From assembly GCF_963921235.1 (NCBI RefSeq), contig NC_086097.1:224814001-224878000 (forward strand): DNA of 64,000 nt, written 5' to 3'. This DNA comes from Mobula hypostoma. Its lineage: Eukaryota. The notes beneath the pieces were generated by a model. The model saw only the letters and a list, made by a program, of their open reading frames with translations. It searched no databases and had not been told where the DNA came from. Every line of letters starts with the position of its first letter. The first letter of the stretch is position 1. The position numbers and the translations under genes are program-made. Positions 25,570-39,074 of this stretch are shown in pieces.

Positions 25570-28395
25570 TTAGAGTCATAGAGTCATGGAAAACTATGGC
25601 ACAGAAGCAGGCTCTTCAGCCAATCCAGCCCACGCCAAAACATTTAAACTGCGTCGTCCCGTTGACCTGCACCCAGCCCATAGCCCTCCATACTCCTCCC
25701 ATCCACGTAACTATCCAAACGTTGAAATCAAAATCACATCCACGACTTGTGCTGGCAGCTCGTTCCACATTTTCACCACTCTCTGAGTGAAGAAGTTTCC
25801 CCTTGTGTTCCCCTTAAACAATTCACCTTTCACCCTTAATCCATGACTTCTAATTGTAATCTCACCCATCCCCAATGTAATAAGTGGGCTTGAAGTTACC
25901 CTATCTACACCCCTCATAATTTTGTATTCCTCTATCAAATCTCCTAATTAGCTAAGATAGACTGGCAAATGACACTTAAAGGATTGACGGTGGATATGCA
26001 ATGGCAAGCATTTAAGGGTTGCATGGATGACTACAACAATTGTTCATCCCAGTTTGGCAAAAGAATAAATCAAGGAAGGTAGTGCACCCGTGGCTGACAA
26101 GAGAAATTAGGGATAGTATCAATTCCAAAGCAGAAGCATACAAATTAGCCAGAGAAAGTGGCTCACCTGAGGACTGGGAGAAATTCAGAGTTCAGCAGAG
26201 GAGGACAAAGGGCTTAATTAGGAAGGGGAAAAAAGATTATGAGAGAAAACTGGCAGGGAACATAAAAACTGACTGTAAAAGCTTTTATAGATATGTAAAA
26301 AGGAAAAGACTGGTAAAGACAAATGTAGGTCCCCTGCAGACAGAAACAGGTGAATTGATTATGGGGAGCAAGGACATGGCAGACCAACTGAATAATTACT
26401 TTGGTTCTGCCTTCACTAAGGAGGACATAAATAATCTTCCAGAAATAGTAGGGGACCGAGGGTCCAGTGAGATGGAAGAACTGAGCGAAATACTTGTTAG
26501 TAGGGAAGTGGTGTTAGGTAAATTGAAGGGATTGAAGGCAGATAAATCCCCAGGGCCAGATGGTCTGCATCCTAGAGTGCTTAAGGAAGTAGCCCAAGAA
26601 ATAGTGGATGCATTAGTGATAATTTTTCAAAACTCGTTAGATTCTGGACTAGTTCCTGAGGATTGGAGGGTGGCTAATGTAACCCCACTTTTTAAAAAAG
26701 GAGGGAGAGAGAAACCGGGGAATTATAGACCGGTTAGCCTAACGTCGGTGGTGGGGAAACTGCTGGAGTCAGTTATCAAAGATGTGATAACAGCACATTT
26801 GGAAAGCGGTGAAATCATCGGACAAAGTCAGCAAGGATTTGTGAAAGGAAAATCATGTCTGACGAATCTCATAGAATTTTTTGAGGATGTAACCAGTAGA
26901 GTGGATAGGGGAGAACCAATGGATGTGGTATATTTGGAATTTCAAAAGGCTTTTGACAAGGTCCCACACAGGAGATTAGTGTGCAAACTTAAAGCACACG
27001 ATATTGGGGGTAAGGTATTGATGTGGATGGAGAATTGGTTAGCAGACAGGAAGCAAAGAGTGGGAATAAATGGGACCTTTTCAGAATGGCAGGCGGTGAC
27101 TAGTGGGGTACCGCAAGGCTCAGTGCTGGGACCCAGTTGTTTACAATATATATTAATGACTTGGATGAGGGAATTAAATGCAGCATCTCCAAGTTTGCGG
27201 ATGACACGAAGCTGGGTGGCAGTGTTAGCTGTGAGGAGGATGCTAAGAGGATGCAGAGTGACTTGGATAGGTTGGGTGAGTGGGCAAATTCATGGCAGAT
27301 GCAATTTAATGTGGATAAATGTGAAGTTATCCACTTTGGTGGCAAAAATAGGAAAACAGATTATTATCTGAATGGTGGCCAATTAGGAAAAGGGGAGTTG
27401 CAATGAGACCTGGGTGTCATTATACACCAGTCATTGAAAGTGGGCATGCAGGTACAGCAGGCGGTGAAAAAGGCGAATGGTATGCTGGCATTTATAGCGA
27501 GAGGATTCGAGTACAGGAGCAGGGAGGTACTATTGCAGTTGTACAAGGCCTTGGTGAGACCACACCTGGAGTATTGTGTGCAGTTTTGGTCCCCTAATCT
27601 GAGGAAAGACAACCTTGCCATAGAGGGAGTACAAAGAAGGTTCACCAGATTGATTCCTGGGATGGCAGGACTTTCATATGAAGAAAGACTGGATGAACTG
27701 GGCTTGTACTCGTTGGAATTTAGAAGATTGAGGGGGGATCTGATTGAAACGTATAAAATTCTAAAGGGATTGGACAGGCTAGATGCAGGAAGATTGTTCC
27801 CGGTGTTGGGGAAGTCCAGAACAAGGGGTCACAGTTTGAGGATAAAGGCGAAGCTTTTTAGGACTGAGCTTAGGAAAAACTTCTTCACACAGAGAGTGGT
27901 GAATCTGTGGAATTCTCTGCCACAGGAAACAGTTGAGGCCAGTTCATTGGCTATATTTAAGAGGGAGTTAGATATGGCCCTTGTGGCTACGGGGATCAGG
28001 GGGTATGGAGGGAAGGCTGGGGCGGGGTTCTGAGTTGGATGATCAGCCATGATCATACTGAATGGCGGTGCAGGCTCGAAGGGCTGAATGGCCTACTCCT
28101 GCACCTATTTTCTATGTTTCTATGTTTCTCCCCTCAATCTTCTACATTCTAGGGAATAAACTTCTAACTTATTCAATCTTTCTTTATAACTCTGGTCCTC
28201 CAGTCCTAGCAACATCCTTGTAAGTTTTCTCTGTACTCTTTCAACTTTATTTACATCTTTCCTCTAGGTAGCTGACCAAAACTGCACACAATACTCCAAA
28301 TTAGGCGTCACCAATATATCTTACAACTTCAGCATAGCATCCCATTTACTGTACTCGATACTTTGATCTATGAAGACCAACGTGCCAAAAACCTC
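25570..28395 (-). mobile_element. Older CR1 3' fragment (25570-25944 plus 28129-28395) split by a young CR1
   Basis: Host sequence TCTATCAAATCTCC|CCTCAATCTTCTAC is continuous across the insertion. Confidence 0.75.
25945..28128 (+). mobile_element. Young 5'-truncated CR1 LINE (ORF2 RT, one frameshift and one stop)
   Basis: ORFs 26040-27371, 27137-27406 and 27434-28033 carry RT motifs; (CTATGTTT)n tail; TCTCC at both junctions; near-identical to 11853-13522. Confidence 0.95.
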
Positions 28396-28799
28396 TTAGA
28401 AAGCCTTTCACACCTGACAGGTCTTGGATTAGCCTATCCATTTTTCTCTGATGGATTCCTGGAACTGGTACCGTCCCAAACAGAAGTCTGTTGTATTGGA
28501 ACAGTCTAATGTGAATGCCTATCATTGTGTACTTGAACTACTTGTGGGCATGTGGCATATGAAGGATTGTGAACAGCCACCTTTCTTGCTGATCAAATAA
28601 ATTGTCAGAAAGAGAAACAGGATATTTGTCTACATTTCTTTTTTATTGCTAATCTTCACAAAGCCTAATGATACCATTTGCTTTAACTGCAAGAAAGACA
28701 AATTGGGAACCCTAACCAATTCAGTAACAGCTGCTGTCTGTAGTCTTTCCAGTATTTCCCCAGCTTCCCCCTGTGGTACAGATCAAGCCTCAAAGAAGC

Positions 28800-29495
28800 G
28801 AACATAAAACATAGAACATAGTGGCCCTTTGACCCACAATGTTGTGCTGAACCAAATTACATAGTAATGAAATGGTTAGCCATACTAATCCCTTATACCA
28901 TATCCCCCCATTTTCCTCACATTCATGTGCTCATCTAATTGTCTCTTAAAAGTCCCCAATGTATCTGCCTCTACCACCACCCCAGGCCGTACATTCCAGG
29001 CATCCACCACTCTGCGTAAAAAAAACCTGCCCGTCAAACCGCCTATGAAATTACCCTTTTCTCATCTTCAATGCATGCCCTCTAGTATTAGACATTTCAA
29101 CCTTGGGGAAAAGGTACTGTCTGTCAACTCTGTCGATGCCTCTCATAATCTTATCATGTTCTATTAAATCTCCCAGCAGCCTCCACTGCTCCAGCGAAAA
29201 TAACTCAAGTTTGTCCAATCTCTCTTTGTAGCACATGCTCTCTAATCAGGTAGCATCTTAGTAAACCTCTTCTGTGCCCTCTCCAAAGCCTCAACATCGT
29301 CCCTATAATGGAGTGACTGGAACTAGAGTTTAATAAAGTGGCAACATAAATTCCTGATTTTTGAACTCAGTGTCTTGACTAATAAAGCCAAGCATGCTAT
29401 TTGCCCTCTTAACCATCCTATCAACCTGTGTAGCCACTTTCAGGAAGCTATGAACTTGGACCCCTAGATCCCTCAGCTCATCAGCACTGTTAATG
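28800..29495 (-). mobile_element. CR1 LINE 3' fragment
   Basis: ORF 29051-29236 (YKERLDKLELFSLEQWRLLGDLIE..TRGH). Confidence 0.8.
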
Positions 29496-30566
29496 GTAAA
29501 GTACAGCATTACCCTTCATATCTTAAGTGCTATCAAATTCATTAGAAAATATCTTATGGCACTTGCCAAATAGAGTTGATACAGGCATTTATTTCAGCCC
29601 CCTCACTTCTCCCCAGTCTATATCCAACTTTTGTAACTAGTTCAGCCAATCATGTTCATCCTTGCCCTTGAACCATGATAAGGGGAGGAGTTGTTTCCTC
29701 ACCTTCATCATTTCTCACTCTAATTTTGCACATCCCTAGCATCTTCCTTTCCTCAGTGTGTGAACAAAGGACAAAGCAAACATTCCCTAAATGCCTGTTC
29801 AAACATCACTTATACTGCAGCACTGGGGCCAATTTCCATTGACACACCCTTCAATGCAGGGAGGGGTCAGCAGCCTTCTGCCTGCCGTGGTTTAGCACCG
29901 ATTAGGAGCACAGAAGTGACAAAGACGTAGTGGTAATTACCTGACATTTATATGGTATATGACAGGGTTAAATTCATAGATGTACTTTACAATGATGATG
30001 CTCTGCTGGCGTTTGATTTGGTATTGTCCTCAACCAAAGGCTGTGACAATGGAAGATATGTAATACACTGCTCCTAAATGGAATTCAGAATTTGTATTTA
30101 ATTACGCTGCATTTGGACATGTTAGTCATGGAGAACTTGGCCAAAAGAGACTGCCTAGATTGATTTGACTCTTTCTTTTCCTCTGTCTCTTTTTCCTTCC
30201 CCAGCTCATCAGTTACTATAGGTAGTGATGATAACTGAGCACAACTGATTACAAAGCTATTCAGTGAAAATCACACCACCATTAATCTTGAGGCCCACTC
30301 CATCAAGCAGTTCAGGGCTCATCCTGAGAGGTACAGCCAACAAGATTCTTGTCTCAGCTTTCAGTGATCTGCTCTTTACAATTTGCCCGAGAGCATGACA
30401 TTCGTACTTTCCACCCATATGTGCTGTGCACCAATAAAAAAGCCAGAAGTTAAATATACAGTCCTCAATCATTAGACACCGCCTGGTTTATTATGGTTGC
30501 TGAAATATAGATGCCCAGAATGACCACGCCATTACAGTCCACGGCTGCCTGCCTATTGGAATTACC

Positions 30567-30697
30567 AAGATGAGAAAATCTGAAGATGCAGGAAATCCAA
30601 AGCAACACACACAAAATGCTGGAGAAACTCAGCAGGCCAGGCAGCATCTTTGGAAGATAGTAAACAGTCAATGTTTTGGGCTGAGACCCTTCAGCAA
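30567..30697 (-). mobile_element. Penelope-like terminal fragment
   Basis: AAATCTGAAGATGCAGGAAATCC..CAGCAGGCCAGGCAGCATCT..GAGACCCTTCAGCA. Confidence 0.7.
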
Positions 30698-31054
30698 GAT
30701 CAGTCAAACTGCCCTGTGAGTAACCAGCAAGGGTCCCTGGGGCTCTGACAGAACTTCTCTCCCTGAAATGCTGAACTGTCCCTTTTTTCAGATGCTGACA
30801 GACCTCCAATGTATTGTAAACTGTTTTCTTCATTCAGCCAGGTGTTGGCAACCAGCATTATAGTGTCAGAAGTGCTTTATTGATGGTGTAGGTGGGTAAA
30901 TGCCACACATATCTTGCATTTCATTCAAAGATTGTAGTTAATGGTGTAAAATCATAGCTGACCTGATTCTAATATTCTTCCTTTAACTAGGCGGTGCACC
31001 ATTTAGAGCACAACTCATGTGGACAATGGCCATTGACATGTAATTTAATCTAAT

Positions 31055-31262
31055 TTTAATTTAATTTAGTGATACAGCACAGTAACAGGATTTTCCAGTC
31101 CTACAAGCCTATGCCACCCTATTATACCCATGTGACCAATTAACCTACTAACCCATATATCGTTGGATTGCGGGAGGAAGCTGGAGCACCTGGAGGAAAC
31201 CCAGACGATCACGGGGTGGAACTGAACCCAGGTCACTGGCACTGTAAAAGAGTTACACTGCC
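31055..31262 (-). mobile_element. V-SINE-like SINE
   Basis: GGGAGGAAGCTGGAGCACCTGGAGGAAACCCA core; homologous to 3197-3428. Confidence 0.6.
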
Positions 31263-32371
31263 TCCCTTATTATCACGGTAAAGTATTTCCTCGTGGAAAT
31301 GGGGATTAACAAATCCAGTGCAACCTGATTTCTAGGTTCTGTGTTTGAGTCTTATTTACAATTGCTTACATGTTATGCTGCACATCAATTAACAAATGTC
31401 TGTCTATCAACTTTTAAGTTTGCCCTAAAGAAATATGATGTAAAACTGAATGCAGAGTTTGGGATGAAATGCTATCATTAATGTTTTAATTATGCTGTTA
31501 TTATTCTAAACCATGGGAAGGGAAGGTTAGATGATCTTATAGTAGGTTAAAAGGTCAGCATAGCATTGTGGGCTGAATGGCCTGTTTTGTGCTGTTATGT
31601 TCTATGTTCTATGTTCTAAAACAGTTCTGCCTGTAATAAACACTATAATCAATCATAATATGTTTTTTAATGGATTGGGATATCCTTCCTTCTGCAGGTC
31701 CACACCCCACTCACTGGTACATTTTAATGTTAAAATTCAATTCAATTCATACAAGAACATAAAAAGAACAGAGGGAAAACCAGAAGAATATCAGGAATAA
31801 TGACATCTTACACACGATTGAATTATTTGCTTCGGTTGACCATGGTCTAATGGAAATTACTTTTCTGTAGGTTAACATTTTAAGTAAATTATTTGGGGTT
31901 TTCATTGATGAAATGTAAAGGTTAATGGAACTTGTAACGAGTATTGTCATTACAAAAGTGTGATATATTTCAGCTTATGTTTGAGAGAGGCCTTCTGCAG
32001 AAACAATAATTAAAACAAATGGAAATTACATCAACTAGATTCCAAAACAAAAAGGATAACAACACTGATTTACAAATGTCTATTATTGATTCAAGTAGTT
32101 GATTATGTTGTAAAGATGGAGATTAAAAGTAAATTCAATTTTTTTTCTACTCAGTTTAAAGCCTACCTCCTGAATTAGGATGACCTTAATGATGAAATAT
32201 TTCTATAGTTTCTTACACAGTTTTTTAAATATACAAGATGCTTTTGGTCTCATAAAAACTATGGAAATAAGTAACGCAGGCAGGTATCTGAGTAGGAAAC
32301 CTGGTAAAAGTTATTTTCATCTATTTTCAGCTTTAATATGGGTACCCTGAGTTCTCTTGTGTTTTTGAGGC

Positions 32372-32752
32372 TATCGTTTATTTGTTATGTACCATATTGT
32401 ATGACGTGGACAATCATGATCTTCCCATGACCATGATTGTTCTTGGCAAATTTTTCTACAGAAGTGGCTTGCCATTGCCTTCTTCTGGGCAGCGTCTTTA
32501 CAAGACAGGTGACCCCAGCCATTATCAATATTCTTCAGCGAGTGCCTGCCTGTGTCAGTGGTCACATAACCAGGACCTGATATGTATCAGCTGCTCATAC
32601 GACCATCCACCACCTGCTCCCATGGCTTCATGTGACCCTGACTGGGGGGCTAAGCAGGTGGTAGATATTTCCCAAGGTGTCCTGCAGGCTAACGGAGGGA
32701 AGGAGCACCTCACATCTCCTTTGGTAGAGGTGTATCTCCATCCTGCCACCCA
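32372..32752 (-). mobile_element. SINE-like repeat with an RTE/Vingi-associated motif
   Basis: Minus strand reads GAAGGCAATGGCAAGCCAC..TTGCCAAGAA, as recalled from BovB/Sauria/MER6-type elements. Confidence 0.4.
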
Positions 32753-32944
32753 TTTATCATTGATCCCATTTTCATTTGCTAGATGGAGGACCAGTTCTTT
32801 TCTTCTCACATTGGGAGGTTGGCAATCAATATGTGTCCCTAACAACCTCCGTGGTGACCCAGTTTAGTCTGAATCATAAGGGTGATCCCACACAGAAGCA
32901 GCCATCTATGAAGCCCTTTTGCTAATACATCCTTATATGAAGAA

Positions 32945-33870
32945 TTATAAGACCATAAGATATAGGAGCAGAATTAGGTCATTTGGCCCATCGAGTCTGC
33001 TCTGCCATTTCATTATCGCTGATCCAATTTTCCTCTTACCCCTGACTCCTGCCTTCTCCCCAGATCCCTTCATGCCTTGACCAATCAAAAATCTATCAAC
33101 TTCTGCCTTAAATATTCACAAAGACTTGACCTCCACAGCTGCCTGTGGCAAAAAAATTCCACAGAGTTATAACTCTCTAGCTAAAGATATTCCTCCTCAT
33201 CTCTGTTCTAAAAAGGCAGCCCTCTATTCTGAGGCTGTGTCCTCTGGTCCTAGACTCTTCCATCATATGAAGTATCTTCTCCACAATCACTTTATCAAGA
33301 CCTTTAACCGTTCGATAGGTTTCAATTAGGCCACTCCTCATTCTTCTGAATTCTAGTGAATACAAGCCCAGAGCCATCAAACATTCTTCATCTGACAAGT
33401 TGTTCAATCCTAGAAATGCACACAAAATGCTGGAGGAACTCAGCAGAGCAGGCTGAGTTTCCAGCTGAAACGTCGACTGTATTCTTCTCCTAAATGCTGC
33501 CTAGCTTGCTGACTTCCCCCAGCATTTTGTGTGTGTTGATCAGATTTCCAGCATCTGCAGATTTTTCTCGTTTGTTCAAGAGGAATTATTTTGGGAAACT
33601 CCTTTGAATCCTCTCCAGTGTTAGCACATCCTTTCTAAGATAAGGGGCCCAAATCTGCTCACAATACTCCAAATGAGGCCTCACCAGTGCTTATTAAAGC
33701 TTCAACATTACATCCTTGCTCTTATATTCTAGTCCTGTTAAAATGAATGCCAACATGACATTTGCCTTCCTCACTGCAGACTCAACCTGCAAATTAATCT
33801 TTAGAAAATCCTGCATAAGGACTCCCACGTCCCTTTATGCCTCAGATTCTTGAATTTCCTCTCCACTTCT
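32945..33870 (-). mobile_element. CR1 LINE 3' fragment containing a mini PLE inverted insertion (about 33418-33572)
   Basis: ORF 33177-33425 has LGLYSLEFRRMR; PLE arms CACAAAATGCTGG and CCAGCATTTTGTG. Confidence 0.8.
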
Positions 33871-33899
33871 CTGCATTCTCCCCATTTTCTCTCAATTAT

Positions 33900-35480
33900 A
33901 AAGTGCAATATCTGCTAAGACGTGTATGAAAGGGAAAAGAGGCAGATGACAAACCAAGTCCCTAACACACAGACACAGTAGAACCCATAGGGAGGGACAA
34001 TGGAGATTTTTGTATATCTTCTTTGAACAAATCATTAAAAAATCCCAGAAGTACTGGAGAAGATAAAGTTGAATACAAATGAGGAAATAGTAAAGTTGTT
34101 ATTTGTAATAAAAAAAACTCAAAAGAAATTAATTAATTGGAAAACTAAGTTTTTAAAGAGGTAGTGGATGCTCTGGTTATGTATTCTGGAATATTTCCTG
34201 CAGACCAGGTAAACAATCTTGAAGGGTAGACTAACCTGAACCCCATTCTTAATTTGAGGGTGAGAGAAATCTATTACTATTTCTATTATTTATTATTCTG
34301 ACATCAGTCATTGGCAAAATCCTGGAAGCTGTAATATTGAGACACTGAAAAAATAATATGCTTGACAGAGTCAAAAATGATGTTTGAAAGGGAAACCATG
34401 CTAAACTAACTATTAGAGTCCAGTGAGTATGTATTTAGTGGAGTAGAAGAGGGGTAACCAGTAGATGGGATATATTTGGATTTTGAGAAGGTTTTTGATA
34501 ACAATAAACTGGAGCCTGGTGAATAAGGTTCAGGCAGACGGTAGAGGTAACATATCAGCATCGATTGATTAATAATTGATTAATAAATAGAAAGCAATGT
34601 AAAAGAATTTTAAAATGTTCTGGTCAGGTTGACAGGCTGTGCCTAGTGGGGAAGGACAGGGACTGGAGCTGGGCCAGTTATTCACAATCTCCAACGATGA
34701 TTTGTCTGGGAGACAAATGGAGCATTTGGTGATGATACAAAACTAAGTGGGAATGTGGGTAGAAAAGAGTATGCAAAGAATTTTCCATAGGATAGAGGTT
34801 GGCTGAGTAAGTGGGTAATAACAAGGCAGCAGAGTCTGTATGAAAAAAAAAACAAGGTTCAGTAGAAAAACAGAAATCCTGCATGTTTTCTAGATAGTCA
34901 AAGACTGGGAAATGTTAATATTCAGAAGGACTTGGGTGTACGCGAACACAAATTGCTTAAAGCTAACATGGTATGCAGTGGATAATTATGAAAGTAAACG
35001 GTATGATTGCTTTCATTACAAGAGGATTGTAAGTAGAGGTGCCGTGGTTCATACACAACTGGGGCAAGCTGATGTGTTCATGATGCTGAAATATAGATAT
35101 AAGAAAATTCAGATCATATTATACTGCCTAGTTTGGAGGACGTGAGTTATGAGGATAGGTTGAGTGATCTAGGACTTTTCTCTTTGGATTGAAGGAGGAT
35201 GAGAGGTGGCTTGATGGAAATGTACAAGATGATTAGAGGCATAGATTGAGTGGACATCCAGAGAGTTTTCCCAGGGTGAAAATGGTTAATATGGGAAGGC
35301 ATAATTATTTGGTGCTTGGAAGAATGTGAGAGGTAAGCTTTTTACACTGAGAGTGGTGGGTGTGTGAAATGCCCTGCCAGGGGTGGAGGTAGGGGCATTA
35401 GGGAGATTTGAAAGACTCTTAGATAGATAAGTGTATGATAGGAAAAAGGAAGGCTACGTAGGAGGGAAGGGTTATATTCA
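33900..35480 (+). mobile_element. Old CR1 ORF2 remnants
   Basis: Degraded homology to the young CR1 (GATATATTTGGATTTTGAGAAGGTTTTTGATA; GATGATACAAAACT). Confidence 0.65.
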
Positions 35481-35489
35481 ATATCACAA

Positions 35490-36325
35490 TTTTCCTATTG
35501 CCACAATAGGTCTATAGTGAATGCAATGGCTCTCCACTCTGCCTTGAATCTCCTGGATAATAGCAATACCTATGTCAGACTGCTCTTTATTTATTATAAT
35601 TCAATGTTCAACACCATCATGTACTCAGTACTCCACTACCTCCAAAACCTGCGTCTCTGTAGCTCCCTCTGCAACTGGATCTTTGAATTCCTCACCAGGA
35701 GACCACAGTCAGTGCAGATCAGAAGTAACATCTCCTCCTTGCTGACAATCAACACTGGCACACCTCAAGGATGCATTCATAGTCCATTGCTCTATTCTTT
35801 CTACATCCATGAGAGTGTGGGTAGGCACAGCTCAAACACCACCTATAAATTTGCTGATGACTTAACTGTTGCTGGCAGTATTTCAGATGATGATGAGGAG
35901 GCATACAAGAGTGAGAGAGATCAGCTGGTTGAGTGGTGTTGCAACAACTTTTCACTCAACATCAGTAAGGCTAAGGAATTGATTGTGGATTTTAGGAAGG
36001 GGAAGTTGAGGGAACACACACCAGTCCTTACTGAGGGATCAGCAGTGGAAAGGCTGAGCAGTTTCAAGTTCCTGGGAGTCAACATCTCTGAAGATCTATC
36101 CTGGGCCCAACATATTGATACAATTACAAAGAAGGCATAGCAGCTGCTCTATTTCATTAGGATTTTGAGGGAACTTGGTGTGTTTCCAAATACCAACGAA
36201 TTTCTAATGATGTACCATAGAGAGCACTGCATTACTGTTTGGTATGGTGGGGCCACTGCATAGGATTGGAAAAAAAATCTGCAAAATGTTGCAAACTCAC
36301 CCAGCTCCATCATGGGTACTAGCCT
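35490..36325 (+). mobile_element. Rex1/Babar LINE RT fragment
   Basis: ORF 35517-36140 has YVRLLF, LCNWI, TGTPQGCIHSPLLYS, KFADD and FKFLGV. Confidence 0.88.
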
Positions 36326-36394
36326 TTTCTTTTTTTGCTCAGTTAATTTAATTTTTATACATTTTTATACATTGTAATTTATAGTTTTTATGTA

Positions 36395-36955
36395 TTGAAT
36401 TGAATTGACTTTATTACTTACATCCTTCATATACATGAGGAGTAAAAATCTTTGTTACATCTCCATCTAAATGTGCAATTGTAGTAATTTATAATAAATA
36501 TTATGTACAACAGGATAGTCAATATAACATATAAATACAGTTGGTCAGCTGTATTTAATCAGTCCAATGGCCTGGTGGAAGAAGCTGTCCCAGAGCCTGT
36601 TGGTCCTGGCTATTACGCTGTGGTACCATTTTCCAGACGGTAGCAGATAGAACAGTTTGTGGTTGGGGTGACTCGGGTCCCCAATGATCCTTCGGGCTCT
36701 TTTTACACACTTGTCTTTGTAAATGTCCTGAATACTGGGAAGTTCACATCCACAGATGCGCTGGGCTGTCCGCACCACTCTCTGCAGAGTCCTGTGATTG
36801 AGGGAATTACAGTTCCCATACCAGGCAGTGATGCAGCCAGTCAGGATGCTCTCAATTGTGCCCCTATTGAAAGTTCTTAGGATTTTGGGGCGCATACCAA
36901 ACTTCTTCAACCGGCTGAGGTGAAAGAGGCACTGTTGTGCCTTTTTCACCACACA
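36395..36955 (-). mobile_element. Rex1/Babar LINE 3' fragment (younger)
   Basis: ORF 36545-36961 (KKAQQCLFHLSRLKKF..IESILTGCITAWYGN..DPSHP..SFFHQAI); (ATTGA)n tail on +. Confidence 0.88.
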
Positions 36956-37354
36956 TTGCACTCAAAACAACAAATTTCATGACATATGCCAGTGATATTA
37001 AACCTGATTCTGATTCTGTTCTATTTTAGAAACTCAGGCACTCTTCTTAAGAAGGGGGTTCCTTACTGAAGAGGGCTTAACCAAAGGAATTACCTGCAGA
37101 AGGGAGATATGCTCCCTTACTGCTCCAAAGACCAGTTCATGTTGCATGTCACCTCTTCTGTTTGCATTCTAACATCATGCATCTCACAAATGTTTTTCTA
37201 CCTCATAGTTATATGCTCCATCGATGCACTGGGGAAGTAGTTGGCTCCATATCCTCGACTGAATGATTATGAATCCGAGCAGATCCTTGCCGATGCCAGC
37301 TTGCTTAACCAATTTCTTATGACAGGGTGGAGTTTCTGTCAATCACTCGGTGTG

Positions 37355-37738
37355 TTCATCCAGGACTTATATGCATCTAGAGTCAGGAAGTGAGCAAACA
37401 GCATCACTGTAGATCCATCATACCCTGGACATCACCTGTTCCAACTCCTTCCTTCTGGTAGGCGCTTTAGATCACTGTATGCCAGGACAAATAGGTACAA
37501 GAACAGTTCCTTTCCGTATGCCATCAGTCTTATGAACACTTGAATTTTAGTCTATTATAAACCAAGTCCACCTGTACATACACAGGTATACCTCATAGTA
37601 TTTAGTTCACGATTATTTGCACTATTGTTTTGTTTGCTTTTGATTCTGTACAGCGAGAGCTCAGGGAAACCGGCATCAAATTCCCTGTATGTGTCCACAT
37701 ACTTGACGATAATAAAGGATTCTGATTCTGATTCTGAT
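37355..37738 (+). mobile_element. Rex1/Babar LINE 3' end
   Basis: IQDLYASRVRK..DPSYPGHHLFQLLPSGRR; AATAAA followed by a (GATTCT)n tail. Confidence 0.75.
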
Positions 37739-38056
37739 TTTATTAGAATCTGGATCTGTGACCTCAGAGACCAATAGCATGGTAACCTAATAACGACTAT
37801 TGGGTCTCAAAAATATTGTTGATCAACGTTCTCCATGGATTGGTAGATTATATTTTTGATGATGCATTCTATGCTATGCCCTTCTGCTCACTAAACTGTA
37901 GTCTGTTCTTTCCATTGAGGCAAAGGCAATGTTTGGAAAGTAAATTGTCTCAGCTGTAAAGCAGTTCTGTTGTAGTTATGGTGGTAGATGAATGATTTTA
38001 ATGCTTAGCCCATTTATTAGGAGAAAATAAGATCAAAACTAAACTCATGATGTGGT

Positions 38057-38155
38057 AGCAACACACAGAAAATGCTGGAGAAAGTCAGCAGGCCAGGCAG
38101 CATCTATGGAAAAAAATACAGTCGATGTTTCAGGCCGAAACCCTTTGGCAGGACT
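38057..38155 (-). mobile_element. Penelope-like terminal fragment
   Basis: GCAACACACAGAAAATGCTGG..CAGTCGATGTTTCAGGCCGAAACCCTTTGGCAGGACT. Confidence 0.7.
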
Positions 38156-39074
38156 CTTGAAGTTTTGGTTTCATTTTAAAAGCTGATAAATATAAAAGTG
38201 ACCATTAAACTATTTAGAGAACCCAAATGATTCATACATGAAAAAAATCTGCACCAACTTGGTAAACATGACATAAAGAACACGCTGGAGGAACGTAAAC
38301 ACAACATATAATGTGAAGGCAAACAGTAATGTTATTTGAATGAAATGAGAATATGTTTCCTCCTTCACCTGTTTGACCCTGGTCTGAGGTGTATTTTTAG
38401 AAGCTGCAATAATGCTTCCAGGCACCTTGGCTCCTCAGTGTAAAACACTTTACATCAATGACTATGTTAAGGAGCACAACAATGAGCAGATCCATCTCCC
38501 ACCACAACTTACTGTGAAAAGCTTTTTCTTAAAGGTGCAGTAGAGCCATAGTATAAAATGTACAGCCCTTAAATTTGAGTCCGATTAGTTTAACTAGGAA
38601 TAATAATTTAAGCCCAAAGCATGTGATCTTGCACAATATGCCTAAAGAAATGCTGGGTAGAATGTGGTAACTTGTTTGTTAGGATGATAATCTCAGTTGG
38701 AAGGAACCCAAACTGAACATTTTGTTTCATTTGAACCAGACCTGAACTTCATGAAAGGTAAACAAAGCTCCTACTTTTAAATTGCTGTTGACTTTTGATT
38801 TTGCTCCAGGATTAAGCATTAGACACATATTTTCCTTTCACTGGACAGAATATTTAGGTGAATAAAACTGCAATTTGAAAAAAAAATCAGACCTTGACTG
38901 AACTTGAGCAGCTGGGAATTTTCACACAACACGCACACATCCGAGTGTTTTCTAGTGTCAGTGAATTAGCCTATCAATGGTGAGAGTTGAAGATCTGCTA
39001 AACTTTGGAATGGAGGAGGATTAAAAGCCTAAAATGGGAAAGAAAATCAGTCAGGATGTAAAGTACATGACTGA

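Noticed and set aside
26040..27371. 443-aa ORF (and the 388-aa ORF at 12383-13549) as host genes
   Set aside because: Both are CR1 ORF2 reverse-transcriptase fragments in 5'-truncated, frameshifted copies.
30257..30472. ORF with an Ig-like GKYECHA motif
   Set aside because: No other Ig-domain residues or convincing splice sites on that strand; likely chance.
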